A stretch of DNA of 63,846 nucleotides, the filler included, from Octopus bimaculoides (Eukaryota): assembly GCF_001194135.2 (NCBI RefSeq). It is 6 parts of 6 records of this genome, joined end to end, with 100 filler letters (N's around TTAATTAATTAA, not from the genome) between each part and the next. Parts side by side here need not be neighbours in the genome. Positions count along the whole stretch, not along the records: positions 8,800 to 14,441 come from NW_026348436.1; positions 14,542 to 17,697 come from NC_069005.1; positions 17,798 to 25,648 come from NC_068983.1; 3 more parts are not named here. One strand, 5' to 3'. Both the position numbers and the translations under genes were made by a program. Below the pieces are notes generated by a model. That model ran no database searches. It was given only the letters and a program-made list of their open reading frames with translations, and was not told the origin of the DNA. Within the stretch, counting starts at the first letter, position 1; each line of letters starts with the position of its first letter. Below are positions 10,034 to 23,415 of this stretch, piece after piece.

Positions 10034-13000
10034 AAATTTGTGCGTGCGTGTGTGCGCCAATTTATGTACAGCGAGACGGGGAAACTCATATATAAGGGTA
10101 CTCCTTCCTTTTGTCAGTAAGGACATGAATGCTTTATGCCTAGCCAGCCAGCTTTTACGGAACATGCCTCCTGACATGACAAGTATGATGACATACATAT
10201 ATACATACATACATATATATATATCTGTGTACATAGAATTTTAATACTGTAGTTTCAAAATAACACTAGTGTCCTCAATCTTGAATCTTAACTAAATTTT
10301 GCACACACACACACAAAAATTTGTGCTCACACATGTTTCAGCACACACACTCCCCCCACACGCACGCACGCACACACACACACACGTAAAGGAATTCTTT
10401 ATGCAGTATCTGGAAATGTTTATGTGGTAATAGTATTTTATGTGAAATTCCCATATGTTAATTGTTTTGTACATAGTGACTCTGAGGGAGAACGAATACA
10501 CGCGCACACATTTATAATAACATATTTATACATACATGTGTATATAAAAGCACACATATATATTCATGTCTAATTGTCTGATTGTACGTATGTATGTATG
10601 CATATATATATATATATANNNNNNNNNNNNNNNNNNNNNNNNNNNNNNNNNNNNNNNNNNNNNNNNNNNNNNNNNNNNNNNNNNNNNNNNNNNNNNNNNN
10701 NNNNNNNNNNNNNNNNNNNNNNNNNNNNNNNNNNNNNNNNNNNNNNNNNNNNNNNNNNNNNNNNNNNNNNNNNNNNNNNNNNNNNNNNNNNNNNNNNNNN
10801 NNNNNNNNNNNNNNNNNNNNNNNNNNNNNNNNNNNNNNNNNNNNNNNNNNNNNNNNNNNNNNNNNNNNNNNNNNNNNNNNNNNNNNNNNNNNNNNNNNNN
10901 NNNNNNNNNNNNNNNNNNNNNNNNNNNNNNNNNNNNNNNNNNNNNNNNNNNNNNNNNNNNNNNNNNNNNNNNNNNNNNNNNNNNNNNNNNNNNNNNNNNN
11001 NNNNNNNNNNNNNNNNNNNNNNNNNNNNNNNNNNNNNNNNNNNNNNNNNNNNNNNNNNNNNNNNNNNNNNNNNNNNNNNNNNNNNNNNNNNNNNNNNNNN
11101 NNNNNNNNNNNNNNNNNNNNNNNNNNNNNNNNNNNNNNNNNNNNNNNNNNNNNNNNNNNNNNNNNNNNNNNNNNNNNNNNNNNNNNNNNNNNNNNNNATA
11201 TATGTACATATGCATTTAGATATATCCATATATATATATATATAAATATGTGTGCTATGTGTGTACGTGTGCGTGAGCTATACACACACACACATATACA
11301 TATTTATGTATAGCAGATTTTTTATCATTTGGCTAAATATTCATACACTTCTGGAGGAGATTAGACATGGCGATAATAATGCGATGATCATTCTGATGAT
11401 GATAGTGCACAATGCCATGAATTGTTTGCATTTAAAGGGTGTATATTTAGAGGGTGTATATTAAGGATAATCAACTGAAGTACGTAGCTGGCTTTCTTTA
11501 TCGTTCTCGTGTCCTGTGGGATCTGAAGTCACAAAGTAAAGAGATGTAACTGAATATTGTTAATCAAAAACATTTTTGTCTTCAAGACTTTGTTTGAAAA
11601 TACCTGCTCATAGAGTCATCCAAAAACTCAAATATATGCTTAAATAAATGCTACATTAACCAGGATTCTTGTTATCATGTTGGCCTCAGATCAGATATAA
11701 GAGGCTTTCAAACGTTGATAATATTGCATCGTTGTCTTATATCTGTATATCTATGTGTGTGTGCGCGCGCNNNNNNNNNNNNNNNNNNNNNNNNNNNNNN
11801 NNNNNNNNNNNNNNNNNNNNNNNNNNNNNNNNNNNNNNNNNNNNNNNNNNNNNNNNNNNNNNNNNNNNNNNNNNNNNNNNNNNNNNNNNNNNNNNNNNNN
11901 NNNNNNNNNNNNNNNNNNNNNNNNNNNNNNNNNNNNNNNNNNNNNNNNNNNNNNNNNNNNNNNNNNNNNNNNNNNNNNNNNNNNNNNNNNNNNNNNNNNN
12001 NNNNNNNNNNNNNNNNNNNNNNNNNNNNNNNNNNNNNNNNNNNNNNNNNNNNNNNNNNNNNNNNNNNNNNNNNNNNNNNCTCACACACACATATATATAT
12101 ACACACATACATATATATATACACACGTACATATATTTAGATATATATAGGTGCGTTTGTGTATTTATTGGTGTACCCGTCGTTACATTGTCTAGCATGA
12201 CCTTGCTTTCTAATACAATTTGTAATTTAAATGATATTTTGTTGGTATTTGTATGAAGTCGAATGGTTTGATTTTCATCATAATGTGAAGCAAATTACTA
12301 GCAGACGTATGGGTAAGAGCCTACCCACATTATCCAACGCTTCCTTTCTAATATATTTATACACACATGCAGGAATACCTGTGTGTGTGTGTGTGTGTGT
12401 GTATGTGGATGTGAGTGTGTGTGTATTGTATAATTTAAGATAATAAGATACTGATCGAATTGAAAGTTAGCTGCTATGTTTTAAGCTGGTTGAACCGCAG
12501 TGCTCGCGTGTGTATGTCAGTGACTGTGTGTATGTGTGTGTATATGAATTTAGTCTCGATAAATTTCTGAAATAACTTGCTACATAGATTGATATATAGT
12601 GCAATTCGCTTGAAACACAAGTAGGGAATGTATGCATGGAAAGAGATGAATGTGGTTTAAGTACACAATAGGTATCTGCATGTATGACTGTGGTCTCTCT
12701 CCCTCTTTAGTTATATACACACACACATACATGCATACATATATGCATACAAACATACATACATACATGTGTGTGTATGTGTGTGTTTGTGCATGTGAGA
12801 ATGTGTTGATGTTTACATCGAAATTAACGACCGCAGTTTTTCATGTTGAGACCTTTTACGTTCTGTAACTTAGTGGTCTGTCAAACAGAATTGATAAAAT
12901 CTTATCTGTGCCAGAGATATTCGAAAATGTAGTATTACATATATTTTATCCGTAACAGAAAAATAGAAATAATGAAAGAAAATTCAGAATTTGATTGGTG

Positions 13001-13045
13001 CGGTTCTGATCATAGATGTATTGGGGTTTCTAAAAAAAACAAAAA

Positions 13046-13083
<38 letters not shown>

Positions 13084-13409
13084 AACAAAAAGCAAAAAAA
13101 AAAAACAAGAAAAATAAATAGGCTACGTTTCTTCTGCCCACTTGACTTCCTATCGACAGAAGTTTCCTGGGTACATACATGTATTTTGGACATTAAAGTT
13201 CATATTTTGATATTGTTTCGATATTTCAAATATATTATTTATTATTTATAAAAATATTCTAGCATTTAAAATTGAAGTATCACTCGTTACTTTCCAGTAG
13301 AGTGCCTTATTTAAATAGTTTTACACGGAAAATTTTGAATTTTGAAAGAACTATTTTATAGCTGTTATGTCTAATGACAGCAAGTGTTTTCCTGGCTTCA
13401 AGGGAACTG

Positions 13410-13469
<60 letters not shown>

Positions 13470-13727
13470 CTTCCTCCCGCCCTCGTTCCCTCCCTCCTCC
13501 ATCTCTCTCTCTTCCTTCCCTCCCTATCTTCCTAGACTATGTACGTGTGTGTGTGTGTGAGTGTGTACAGTACATGCGAATACATATATATATGTGCAAT
13601 TACATATAATTTCTATGCATTTTCGTTTATTTTTTGTGTTCCAACATAAAGGCCGTGGACATGCAGTGCCCCAGCATTACCAGCCCGATGCGGCTAGTTT
13701 TGATGAATGATGGAATTTATAAAATGC

Positions 13728-13764
<37 letters not shown>

Positions 13765-14391
13765 AATATTTTACAAATGTATATATGTATATACATTTCC
13801 TTTTCCATTTGTTTAAAAACTANNNNNNNNNNNNNNNNNNNNNNNNNNNNNNNNNNNNNNNNNNNNNNNNNNNNNNNNNNNATATATATATATATATATA
13901 TACACTCATGTATATAGAAAAATATATGTGTATTCATAAATGCATAAGTATTTGTATATATGTGTATGAAATTATGATCATATATATCAGCGGTCTATGT
14001 TTTGAATTGAGTGAATGTGAAAGGGCAAATGCGTGTACACACACACACACACATACACAGACGTATCCGTTTATTTTTCTGTATATGCTATCTATATATG
14101 CATATATATACTGGTATTTTTAGCTATGTATGTAATTGTATATGTGAATGTGTACAATACATGAACATATATATACTCTTTTCATTTTTTACTTGTTTCA
14201 GTTATTTGACTGCGGCCATTTGGAGCACTGCTTTAGTCGAACAAGTTGACCCCAAGACTTATTCTTTGTAACCATAGTACTTATTCTATCGGCCAATTTT
14301 GCCGAACCGCTAGGTTACGGGGACCTTAACACACCAACATCGATTGTCAAGCGATGGTAGGGGGACAAACGCAAACATATTGCTCACACAC

Positions 14392-14441
<50 letters not shown>

Positions 14442-14586
14442 NNNNNNNNNNNNNNNNNNNNNNNNNNNNNNNNNNNNNNNNNNNNTTAATTAATTAANNN
14501 NNNNNNNNNNNNNNNNNNNNNNNNNNNNNNNNNNNNNNNNNATATATATACATATAAATATATACATATATGTATGTATATATATA

Positions 14587-14618
<32 letters not shown>

Positions 14619-14789
14619 CATACATATATATATCTTTTATATCTATGTATTTTATGAGATGAAGTCTGCATATGGTTTGTGTGTGGATCTCTTCTTTTGC
14701 CAGAACTGGTGCTTACACACAATCTTGGCACATCCACTTCCATCATAATTCCTCTAATCCGCCTCTCGTGAAATCCCTACTTCCCGCCG

Positions 14790-15239
14790 TCACCCCTCCT
14801 CCGCCTCCTTTCTTCTTTTTCTTCTTCTTCTTCCCACCACACCACCGTCTGTCAACTCGCCACCACCACCACCACCACCATTACCCCTATTAGCGCCAAA
14901 ACAAAGTAGAAAACAAACTCCTGTGCAAATCCCATACATTAACCAAACATTAGTTCCCTCTCCTCTCAGACGAATCCTACCGCACACAAAGTTCCCTCCC
15001 TCTGCCGGCACCACCACCACCACCACCACCTTACCGTTCTTTAATATGCTTTCACATTAACCATTCTGTCTTCCGCCTCATCTTCTGCACTTTCACCACA
15101 ATTTCTCCTCGTATGATTTTCATTTTCTTTTCTTTTTTTTTGTGTTTCTCTTTTTACTATTTTTCTTTTCTTTCGATTTCCTTTCTTCTCTCTTATTAGC
15201 ATCTCTCTTTCTCTTCATCGTAATCTTTCTTTCTTTCTC

Positions 15240-15291
<52 letters not shown>

Positions 15292-15422
15292 NNNNNNNNN
15301 NNNNNNNNNNNNNNNNNNNNNNNNNNNNNNNNNNNNNNACATGGTAACAAACACAAATACTACGAATTTCATTGCTCTACCCACAACTCGATCCACAGTA
15401 ACTACCACGACTGCTGCTGCTG

Positions 15423-15477
<55 letters not shown>

Positions 15478-15800
15478 AACCATCCTCACCGTCAATACCA
15501 CCTTTACCAATGTACTACTACCATCACCACCACTGCTACTTCATCTACTAGTAATACTACAACCACCGCCACATCGTCACTACCATTACTAATACACTAC
15601 TACTACTACTACTGTAACAAAAACTACTGCTACTACAACTACTACTACTATTACAGCCACCACCACCACCACCATCACTTCTTACTAGCATGACTACTAC
15701 TACCAATATCTATAGTACAAAGAAATAATCACACCACTAATACCACCAGCACAACAACAACCCATACAACCAAAATCCTATCCCATACTACCACTGCTCC
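14790..15800. repeat. Mixed (CAC)n/(CT)n/(TAC)n low-complexity tract
   Basis: Directly visible; source of the poly-H/T/V/Y pseudo-ORFs. Confidence 0.95.
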
Positions 15801-15962
15801 ACTACTGTAGGGTAAGCTACAAACACTACTACCTATACTAGGAAATCAAAGAAGGATCTTTGCTCGACCTGCAAGGAATTGATCTCAAGTTTCCCCAACT
15901 TACAGCGACCATTTAGAAGAACAAATGAAAAGGGATACATTGTGCATTGTACACCTAGATAT

Positions 15963-16847
15963 ACTAGGTGCGTTCAAAATGTGTCCGATCTTTGGGTATA
16001 AAAGACAAACAAACCAATTTTGTGCATTTCACAAATTTTATTCAATCCCCTTCAAAATACTCTCCTTGGGAGTTCATACACTTCTCCCAGCAGTTCTGCC
16101 ACTGTTGGTAACACCTCTGGAATGCCTTCTCTGGAATACTATGGAACTCCACTGTTGTTTTCTCATAACACGTCTTCAGTTTGGTAAAGAACCAGAGGTC
16201 ACACGATGCCAAGTCAGGAGAGTAGGGAGCCTGTTGAACAAATGGTGTATTGTTCTTGATCTGGAAAGCTTGGATTAGAAGCTGTGTTCAAAAAGTATTC
16301 GACTTTATCTTTCTGCTGAAACTCTCCACATCCACAAATCCTCCATTAAAGTGGAAAGGACTGATCCTGGGCTTATTCCCACTTCGTGAGTAATTTCCTG
16401 GATCTTAAGTTGACGGTTTTCCATGACAATTTGCCAACCTTTCTCAATCGGCTCCCTATTTCGTCTCCTAGAGGTTCTGTCTCAGTGTCCATTGATCTCC
16501 ACTGAAGCGGTAGTACCACTCCTTGATCTGAGTTTTGCTCATGGCACCATCCCAAAGTTCTTCTAAATATCCTAGTTTTCTTGAGCATGAGTATCACCAA
16601 ACTTTTGGCAAAACTTGATGCAATATCTCTGGTCGATACGTCCAGTCATCTTGCGTGAAAACGAAAATCCGGCGAGCGAGCACTTCACACCTGTAACAGC
16701 CAGGAACTAACGCGACCTACAGGCACGAAAAATTTCACGCATGCGCAGGAAGGGTGGGGTGACCTCCTGTCCAAAGAATTTTGTCAACACGGCATTGGTT
16801 TTAGCGGGAGAAAATAAAATCGGATACTTTTTGAACGCATTTCATAT
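15963..16847 (-). mobile_element. Internally deleted mariner with both TIRs
   Basis: N-terminal IDQRYCIKFCQKFG, then QAPYSPDLASCDLWFFTKLK; TIR core gcgttcaaaa(t/a)gt(g/a)tccga at both ends. Confidence 0.85.
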
Positions 16848-16993
16848 AAAACGGTGGAATAATCACGGGTGGAATGTCTTTAACCATATGTCTCTTTAAC
16901 ACCATTCAAGTGAGCAACAATAAAATTACGACCACTAGCTTTCACAAAATCATTCATGTCACCTTGAACGCCAACACTAAGATGGAATATTTG

Positions 16994-17210
16994 CAGTAAT
17001 CCCTCGTCATATCGCGGTTCACCTATCGCGGTTCACCTATCGCGGTTTATTATTTAAGCTTACGTCGATTCCTCGGTGTTGTTCTTTTGTATTTATGATA
17101 AAATAAATATACAAAAATTATAAAAATGATAAAAACATATATACAGTACAGTTTCTACTTCGCGGATTTTCACCTATCGCGGGGGTTTTTGGAACGTAAC
17201 ACCCGCGATC
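16994..17210. mobile_element. Tigger/pogo-like MITE
   Basis: Starts CAGTAATCCCTCG with repeated atcgcggttcacct; related copies at 26239-26352 and 50697-50895, both preceded by TA. Confidence 0.7.
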
Positions 17211-17798
17211 GACCCCAGTACGCAACTGCTACTTAATTTATTGACCCCGAAAGGATGAAACGTAAAGTCGACCTCGGCGAAATTTGAACTCAGAACGTAG
17301 CGGCAGACAAAATACCGTTAAGCATTTCGCCCGGCGTGCTAACGTTTCGGCCAGCTCGCCGCCTCTACGTACACACATATTGTACCAAGAATATCTTAAA
17401 TGGGGATCGTGCTGGATCCTCAATAACTGGGGCTAAGCAACGACAGTCGCTAGCTTAATCATAGATTCCCTCACGACTCTGGCTCTTGTCATCTTTCACA
17501 CCACTAATAACACCATGACTACTTCTGCCTATACAATATACATTCTAAACTACCACCTCAGCAGCACATGGTTTTTTGCCTCCTTTTAAGCCATCATTAA
17601 CACCAACTACCATGACACTACCTCCACCACCACCACCACCACCGCCGCCGCCACCGCCACCGCCACCGCTGCCGCCGCCACCGCCACCGCTGACAACNNN
17701 NNNNNNNNNNNNNNNNNNNNNNNNNNNNNNNNNNNNNNNNNTTAATTAATTAANNNNNNNNNNNNNNNNNNNNNNNNNNNNNNNNNNNNNNNNNNNNA

Positions 17799-18150
17799 CA
17801 ATTCCCTGCTACCACCGTTCTTCCAGTCCTTCCAAGCCTGTTTCTTTTGTCTAATAGCCCTGTCTACCTCCTTGTTCCACCACCACGTTACTCTGGGTCG
17901 GGAGGGGACCTTACACCACCCACAAATCTGGTCGGTGGCTTTCAACAGGTTGTCCCGCAGAAATCTCCAATTGTCTTCCACGTTGTATGATGCTATATCC
18001 CCTTCTATTTCGTTAAATGCTTCAAGTAACTTGTCTCTAAGTCTCTGTCTATTTGCAGGGTCTTTAAGCTTCCACACCCTTCTCCTCCAAGCCTGTCTAA
18101 TTCTGGGCACCCATTTTGCCTTGATCCCAAAGTCGCTAACTACTAATCTG
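17799..18150 (-). mobile_element. RTE-clade LINE ORF fragment (post-endonuclease linker)
   Basis: HYRLVVSDF...WKLKDP...VTWWWNKEVDRAIRQKKQAWK. Confidence 0.85.
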
Positions 18151-18237
18151 TAGTGAAGAATTGTGAATACCAACAAATAATGCAAGTACAGTAAATAAAT
18201 TATTTAAACTGTAAATCGATGTTATCCAATTATTTAC

Positions 18238-18484
18238 TTCGAAGGCATCCACATGCCTATCGCCTCTGTTTACTTCAATACCTTCTGATACACCTTTAAC
18301 CACTACAGCTGCAGAAGAAAAAACATGGGCAAGAAATGAATTTCATAAAGCTGACAATATGGTAAGATAGGATTGAAAACAAGTTAATGCTTGGTTTGCA
18401 GGTGAAATACAACCTACATGAGCTTCGAACCCCTTGTTGCCAGATGCTGTAACATGGTTTGTATCCAATATAGTAGTAGTACCA
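18238..18484 (-). CDS. Candidate two-exon fragment of an unidentified gene (18484-18418 and 18308-18238)
   Basis: Acceptors cctaatag| and gttttttcttctgcag|, donors cat|gtaggt and gaa|gtaaat, 109-nt intron; phases join in frame to give WYYYYIGYKPCYSIWQQGVRSSSVVVKGVSEGIEVNRGDRHVDAFE. No homology recognised. Confidence 0.3.
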
Positions 18485-19499
18485 CTATTAGGATAATGGC
18501 CTACGATACATGCTACCAGTGTGATACAATGCAGCAGCAATAAGAATGTAACAATCTCTCATGAACCAACAAATATTCCAAATGAACAAACCAACTGACA
18601 CCTTCCAACTTCACTGTGAAATAGCATGAACTTCTATGAACCATATATATTCTCTCGGTTCAGTCTATTCCTCACAAGGGGGTATCTTGACTCTCATCAC
18701 AATACTGAGATTGTAAGAGATGACTTGTTACTAACTCTGGTCTTGAAGGAGTATCCTGTTCTGCCAACATATTTCCATTTATTTATTCTTACAGTTCTGT
18801 TACTGCTGAAAACTACTTCTGCCTGGTACTGGCATTTATATGAACAATGTAGACAAAAGACAAGTATCAAATACCATAATACATAAATTCTTTATTTATT
18901 AAAATTATCTTCAATTGTAGAAGTATCATAATTACCAAATGGTAATCGATTAGCATATTCAATATTCAAATATACTAGAACATATTAAGAATAAAGTTAT
19001 CATTTTGATTCTCGCTATTCATTGTATACATGAGGATTTATCATCATTTGAGTGATACCAGCACAGATCAACAAACCATTTCTGGTCTCTCTGCAATTCT
19101 CCTTGTCTACACACCTTGCTTTACTGAGTATTCTCTGCATTCACATTTACTGTATACAAAGTACTTCCCTCTGGTGCTGGTACAATGACACAGAGCACCC
19201 ACTTCATGTTCCATTGAGAACAAACTGTTTGACATGGAGTTGGCTAGCAGGAAGCTGTCTAGACTCCATTTGTCTGTTGTGGCATGGTTTCTTTGACTGG
19301 ATGCCCTCCCTAATGCCAACTACTTAACAGTCATGCTTTTTGCATGCTACTGGCATGAGTGCATTTACATAGCACCAGCACAGGTGCTTTAATGCAGCAC
19401 TGGCATGGGTGCTTTTTAAGTGGCACCAGCACCTGAAAATGCAAGCCTGTATGTGTGGAAGACAGTGATTTTACTTAGCTTGATGCATCTTAACAAGTA

Positions 19500-19705
19500 C
19501 AGTAAATCACCACGTCTCCCAGTCCCTTGTCCTCTCCTCAGTGAGGCTCAGCGTCCAAAGATCCTTTTTCACTACAATGTCCTACATCTTCATGAATCTT
19601 CCCCTTCCACAATTAGAGCTTGGCAATTCTTTACACAGCTGTCCTCATCCATATGCATCACATGACCAAACCACACAGTCTTCTCCCATGCACACAACAT
19701 CTCAT
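19500..19705 (-). mobile_element. RTE LINE 3' coding end
   Basis: WFGHVMHMDEDSCVK...KKDL motif. Confidence 0.75.
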
Positions 19706-20159
19706 ATATATATATATATATATATATAAATTTTGCCTGTGCAATTAATTTTCTGCTGTGCACAATATCCCTAGAAAATGAAAGAAATGATGTCCTAGTG
19801 ACCATGGTTCTTATTTTAGAACCAAACTCTAACTTCCAGAGCATGAGATATCTGAAAGAAATCACCTTAGAAGATGGACTCAATTAAACAGGACTGTAAA
19901 AACGTTAATTTATCCTTTGTACACATATGGGTTCAAATTGAATAAAAAAGTAGGTGAAATGTAGTGTGTTCTTCCCCTCATGATGTTCACATTCACCTGA
20001 AAGGTGAGACAACAGTGGTATCAATATTCAATAAAATGCAGGTATAATATTTAAAAGGCACTTCAATTTTTATATGAAGACATTGTTGGCAAAATATTAA
20101 CTATCTTTGTGGTCCTCAAAAATGAGATAAGATAATGATTCTGTTTGATGAGATCAGCT

Positions 20160-20386
20160 TCACCTTTTTGTTACTACATTTCTGATGAAATACACTACCT
20201 TTGTTTCAATTAATTTTGAAAATAATGAAGTATTTAATAAAATAATTTTGTCGTTATCAAGGTGTTTAGAATATAAACTTACAAGAAATTTTGATGGAAA
20301 GCTTTCATTTAGGTTTGCTTTAAACAAAAAAGTTTATATCATCGAAACAGGGGCAGTTTCAAGTTGGCTGGTATCAAAAGGGTTAA
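20160..20386. mobile_element. piggyBac-like MITE end
   Basis: Ends ...ggtatcaaaaGGG|TTAA; the other end was not identified. Confidence 0.4.
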
Positions 20387-20699
20387 AGAATCAAGAGATG
20401 CTTTCTTAATAAGAACAGTTAGAAGTTCCATGTCCTGGTTAAAGCCAATTGTCTTCCTTTATGCAGCTAAATCCTATTGGGAAAGGCATGAACATTACAC
20501 AGTTTCATTCCTTTCTCATATAGATTTATGGCTAACAATCTAAGTTACATATCAATATAATATGTAAGTTTGAAATCTAAAGAAATATATCACATATAAC
20601 TTAATATCATAATCTATGATATTTAGTGTATATACATGTATATTGTGTGTGCGCCCTCGTTCATGTGTATACATATATGTATGCTTGTGTATATGTGTT

Positions 20700-20777
<78 letters not shown>

Positions 20778-20953
20778 ATATATATATATATAGATTCAAG
20801 GCTTGAATATGGTACTTATGCGAAGGCACCCGAATATCACATCCCAAAAGGATGGGTGATTAAAATCAAATAATAAGCAACACGGATTTCAAAAGTGATT
20901 GCAGTACGCACGTTTCATGCTACTTCAATTTATTTAAGTAATGTGAGCATTAC

Positions 20954-20983
20954 CTTAAATGCAATATGAAGAGCAATCTTCAG
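20954..20983 (-). CDS. Candidate 30-nt micro-exon (LKIALHIAFK)
   Basis: ttttttcgtgcag| acceptor and AAG|gtaatg donor; open in phase 0-0. Confidence 0.25.
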
Positions 20984-21393
20984 CTGCACGAAAAAATGTA
21001 GAAAAAAAGACATATTACAAATGTGGCAACATATTAAAACCAAGTGGGAGAGAGCAGAGGAAGAATATATAAGTCCATCTTGACATAGCAGGGTCTATAC
21101 ACACACATATGTGGACGTTAAACGATGATGATGATGATGATGATGATATATATATATCATTGTTATCATTTAGTATCTGTCTACCATGCTGGTATGAGTT
21201 GGATGTTTTGATCAGATCTCACAAACTGGAGGGTTGCACTGAGTTCCAATGTCTGCTTTGGCACAGTTTCTATGGCTAGATACCATTCTTAAAGCCAGTC
21301 ACTTTACAGAGTGTACTGACAGCTTTTTTTCATGACACAATTATATATACCGGCAGACGGAGTTAGACAAACCATCGATGACTATTTGAGTAG

Positions 21394-21443
21394 TCACTAC
21401 TGATGATGCCTACAGAATAGGTGATACTAATGTTGTCTAGTGA
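21394..21443 (+). ncRNA. Degenerate type-I hammerhead ribozyme
   Basis: TCACTA-CTGATGA-T-GCCTA-CAGAA-TAGGT-GAT-ACTAATGTTGT-C-TAGTGA: perfect 6-bp stem I, 5-bp stem II, GUC site; A14 mutated to U. Confidence 0.65.
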
Positions 21444-21466
21444 TTTTTGAGTTACCTCCCCTGCCA

Positions 21467-21506
<40 letters not shown>

Positions 21507-22455
21507 NNNNNNNNNNNNNNNNNNNNNNNNNNNNNNNNNNNNNNNNNNNNNNNNNNNNNNNNNNNNNNNNNNNNNNNNNNNNNNNNNNNNNNNNNNNNNN
21601 NNNNNNNNNNNNNNNNNNNNNNNNNNNNNNNNNNNNNNNNNNNNNNNNNNNNNNNNNNNNNNNNNNNNNNNNNNNNNNNNNNNNNNNNNNNNNNNNNNNN
21701 NNNNNNNNNNNNNNNNNNNNNNNNNNNNNNNNNNNNNNNNNNNNNNNNNNNNNNNNNNNNNNNNNNNNNNNNNNNNNNNNNNNNNNNNNNNNNNNNNNNN
21801 NNNNNNNNNNNNNNNNNNNNNNNNNNNNNNNNNNNNNNNNNNNNNNNNNNNNNNNNNNNNNNNNNNNNNNNNNNNNNNNNNNNNNNNNNNNNNNNNNNNN
21901 NNNNNNNNNNNNNNNNNNNNNNNNNNNNNNNNNNNNNNNNNNNNNNNNNNNNNNNNNNNNNNNNNNNNNNNNNNNNNNNNNNNNNNNNNNNNNNNNNNNN
22001 NNNNNNNNNNNNNNNNNNNNNNNNNNNNNNNNNNNNNNNNNNNNNNNNNNNNNNNNNNNNNNNNNNNNNNNNNNNNNNNNNNNNNNNNNNNNNNNNNNNN
22101 NNNNNNNNNNNNNNNNNNNNNNNNNNNNNNNNNNNNNNNNNNNNNNNNNNNNNNNNNNNNNNNNNNNNNNNNNNNNNNNNNNNNNNNNNNNNNNNNNNNN
22201 NNNNNNNNNNNNNNNNNNNNNNNNNNNNNNNNNNNNNNNNNNNNNNNNNNNNNNNNNNNNNNNNNNNNNNNNNNNNNNNNNNNNNNNNNNNNNNNNNNNN
22301 NNNNNNNNNNNNNNNNNNNNNNNNNNNNNNNNNNNNNNNNNNNNNNNNNNNNNNNNNNNNNNNNNNNNNNNNNNNNNNNNNNNNNNNNNNNNNNNNNNNN
22401 NNNNNNNNNNNNNNNNNNNNNNNNNNNNNTATATATATATATATATATATATATA

Positions 22456-23381
22456 TGCATATGTTGGCAGAGGATGTCACGAAACATGTACAACAAAAAA
22501 TACGTAGTACGAGTTAATGGAATATGAACTATTTTTTCGAACAACGAATGACACAAATAGAAAACAAGATAAACAACATAAAGAACGACCCTTTATCAGT
22601 TGTTAGCTGTTTTTCTACTCTCATATTTTGAGCATTTAACAAGATATGCTTTTGATAAAACAGTTGCTCCTTCAAAGTAAATCAAATAAAATTTGGGATT
22701 TTGCGGCGGATCAAAATTGGTAACACAAACAGGATAGTGAAAACAAACAGGAAAGGCTGCTAATATTATTATATGATTGAACGCCACACATTCCTCTTCC
22801 AAGTAAGTTTTATCTTAATAATTCTGATGCGCACTCTATACTATCTTTTTACTCTTTCGTTTATCTCTCTCAATCTTTTACCTCCTCCTCTCCAACTACT
22901 CTATCTTATTACTCTATCACTCTCTCCCTCACTCCTTCTCCCTTGCTCATGTAACCATTGGCCATCTTTCTTCTCCTAACTTGTGCTTCTTTCCTTCTCT
23001 CCATTGTAGCTGGAACAAGGAAGATGTGTTCTTGTCTATCTCCTGTCCAAGCTTTTTTTATGCGTTCGCCACCACAAACTCGTTTAGGCTTAGCAACCCT
23101 TCCTGTTTCTTTTCACTATCCTGTTTGTGCTACCAATTTTGACCCTCCACAAAATCCCAAATTTTATTTAATTTGCTTTGTGGGAGCTACCGTTTTATTG
23201 AAAGCATATCTTGTTAAATGCTCAAAATACGAGAGTAGAAAAACAGCCAACAACTGATGAAGGGTCATTCTTTATGTTGTTTGTCTTGTTTTCCATTTGT
23301 GTCTTTCGTCGTTCGAAAAAATGTACTCATACTTTGTATTTTTTGTTGTACATGTTTCATGATGTTCTGTGCCCACATATG

Positions 23382-23383
<2 letters not shown>
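22456..23383. repeat. About 300-bp inverted pair of one repeat family (22456-22763 and 23090-23383)
   Basis: Arms align end to end at an estimated 85-90% identity; Penelope pLTR-like composition including ctgatgaaggg. Confidence 0.85.

Positions 23384-23415
<32 letters not shown>

Noticed and set aside
18795-18825. + strand micro-exon SVTAENYFCL
   Set aside because: Good acceptor but weak donor (gtactg) and no compatible partner exon.
20440-20520. Strong + acceptor tcttcctttatgcag followed by a short open frame
   Set aside because: The context resembles a degenerate SINE head, and the frame closes quickly.
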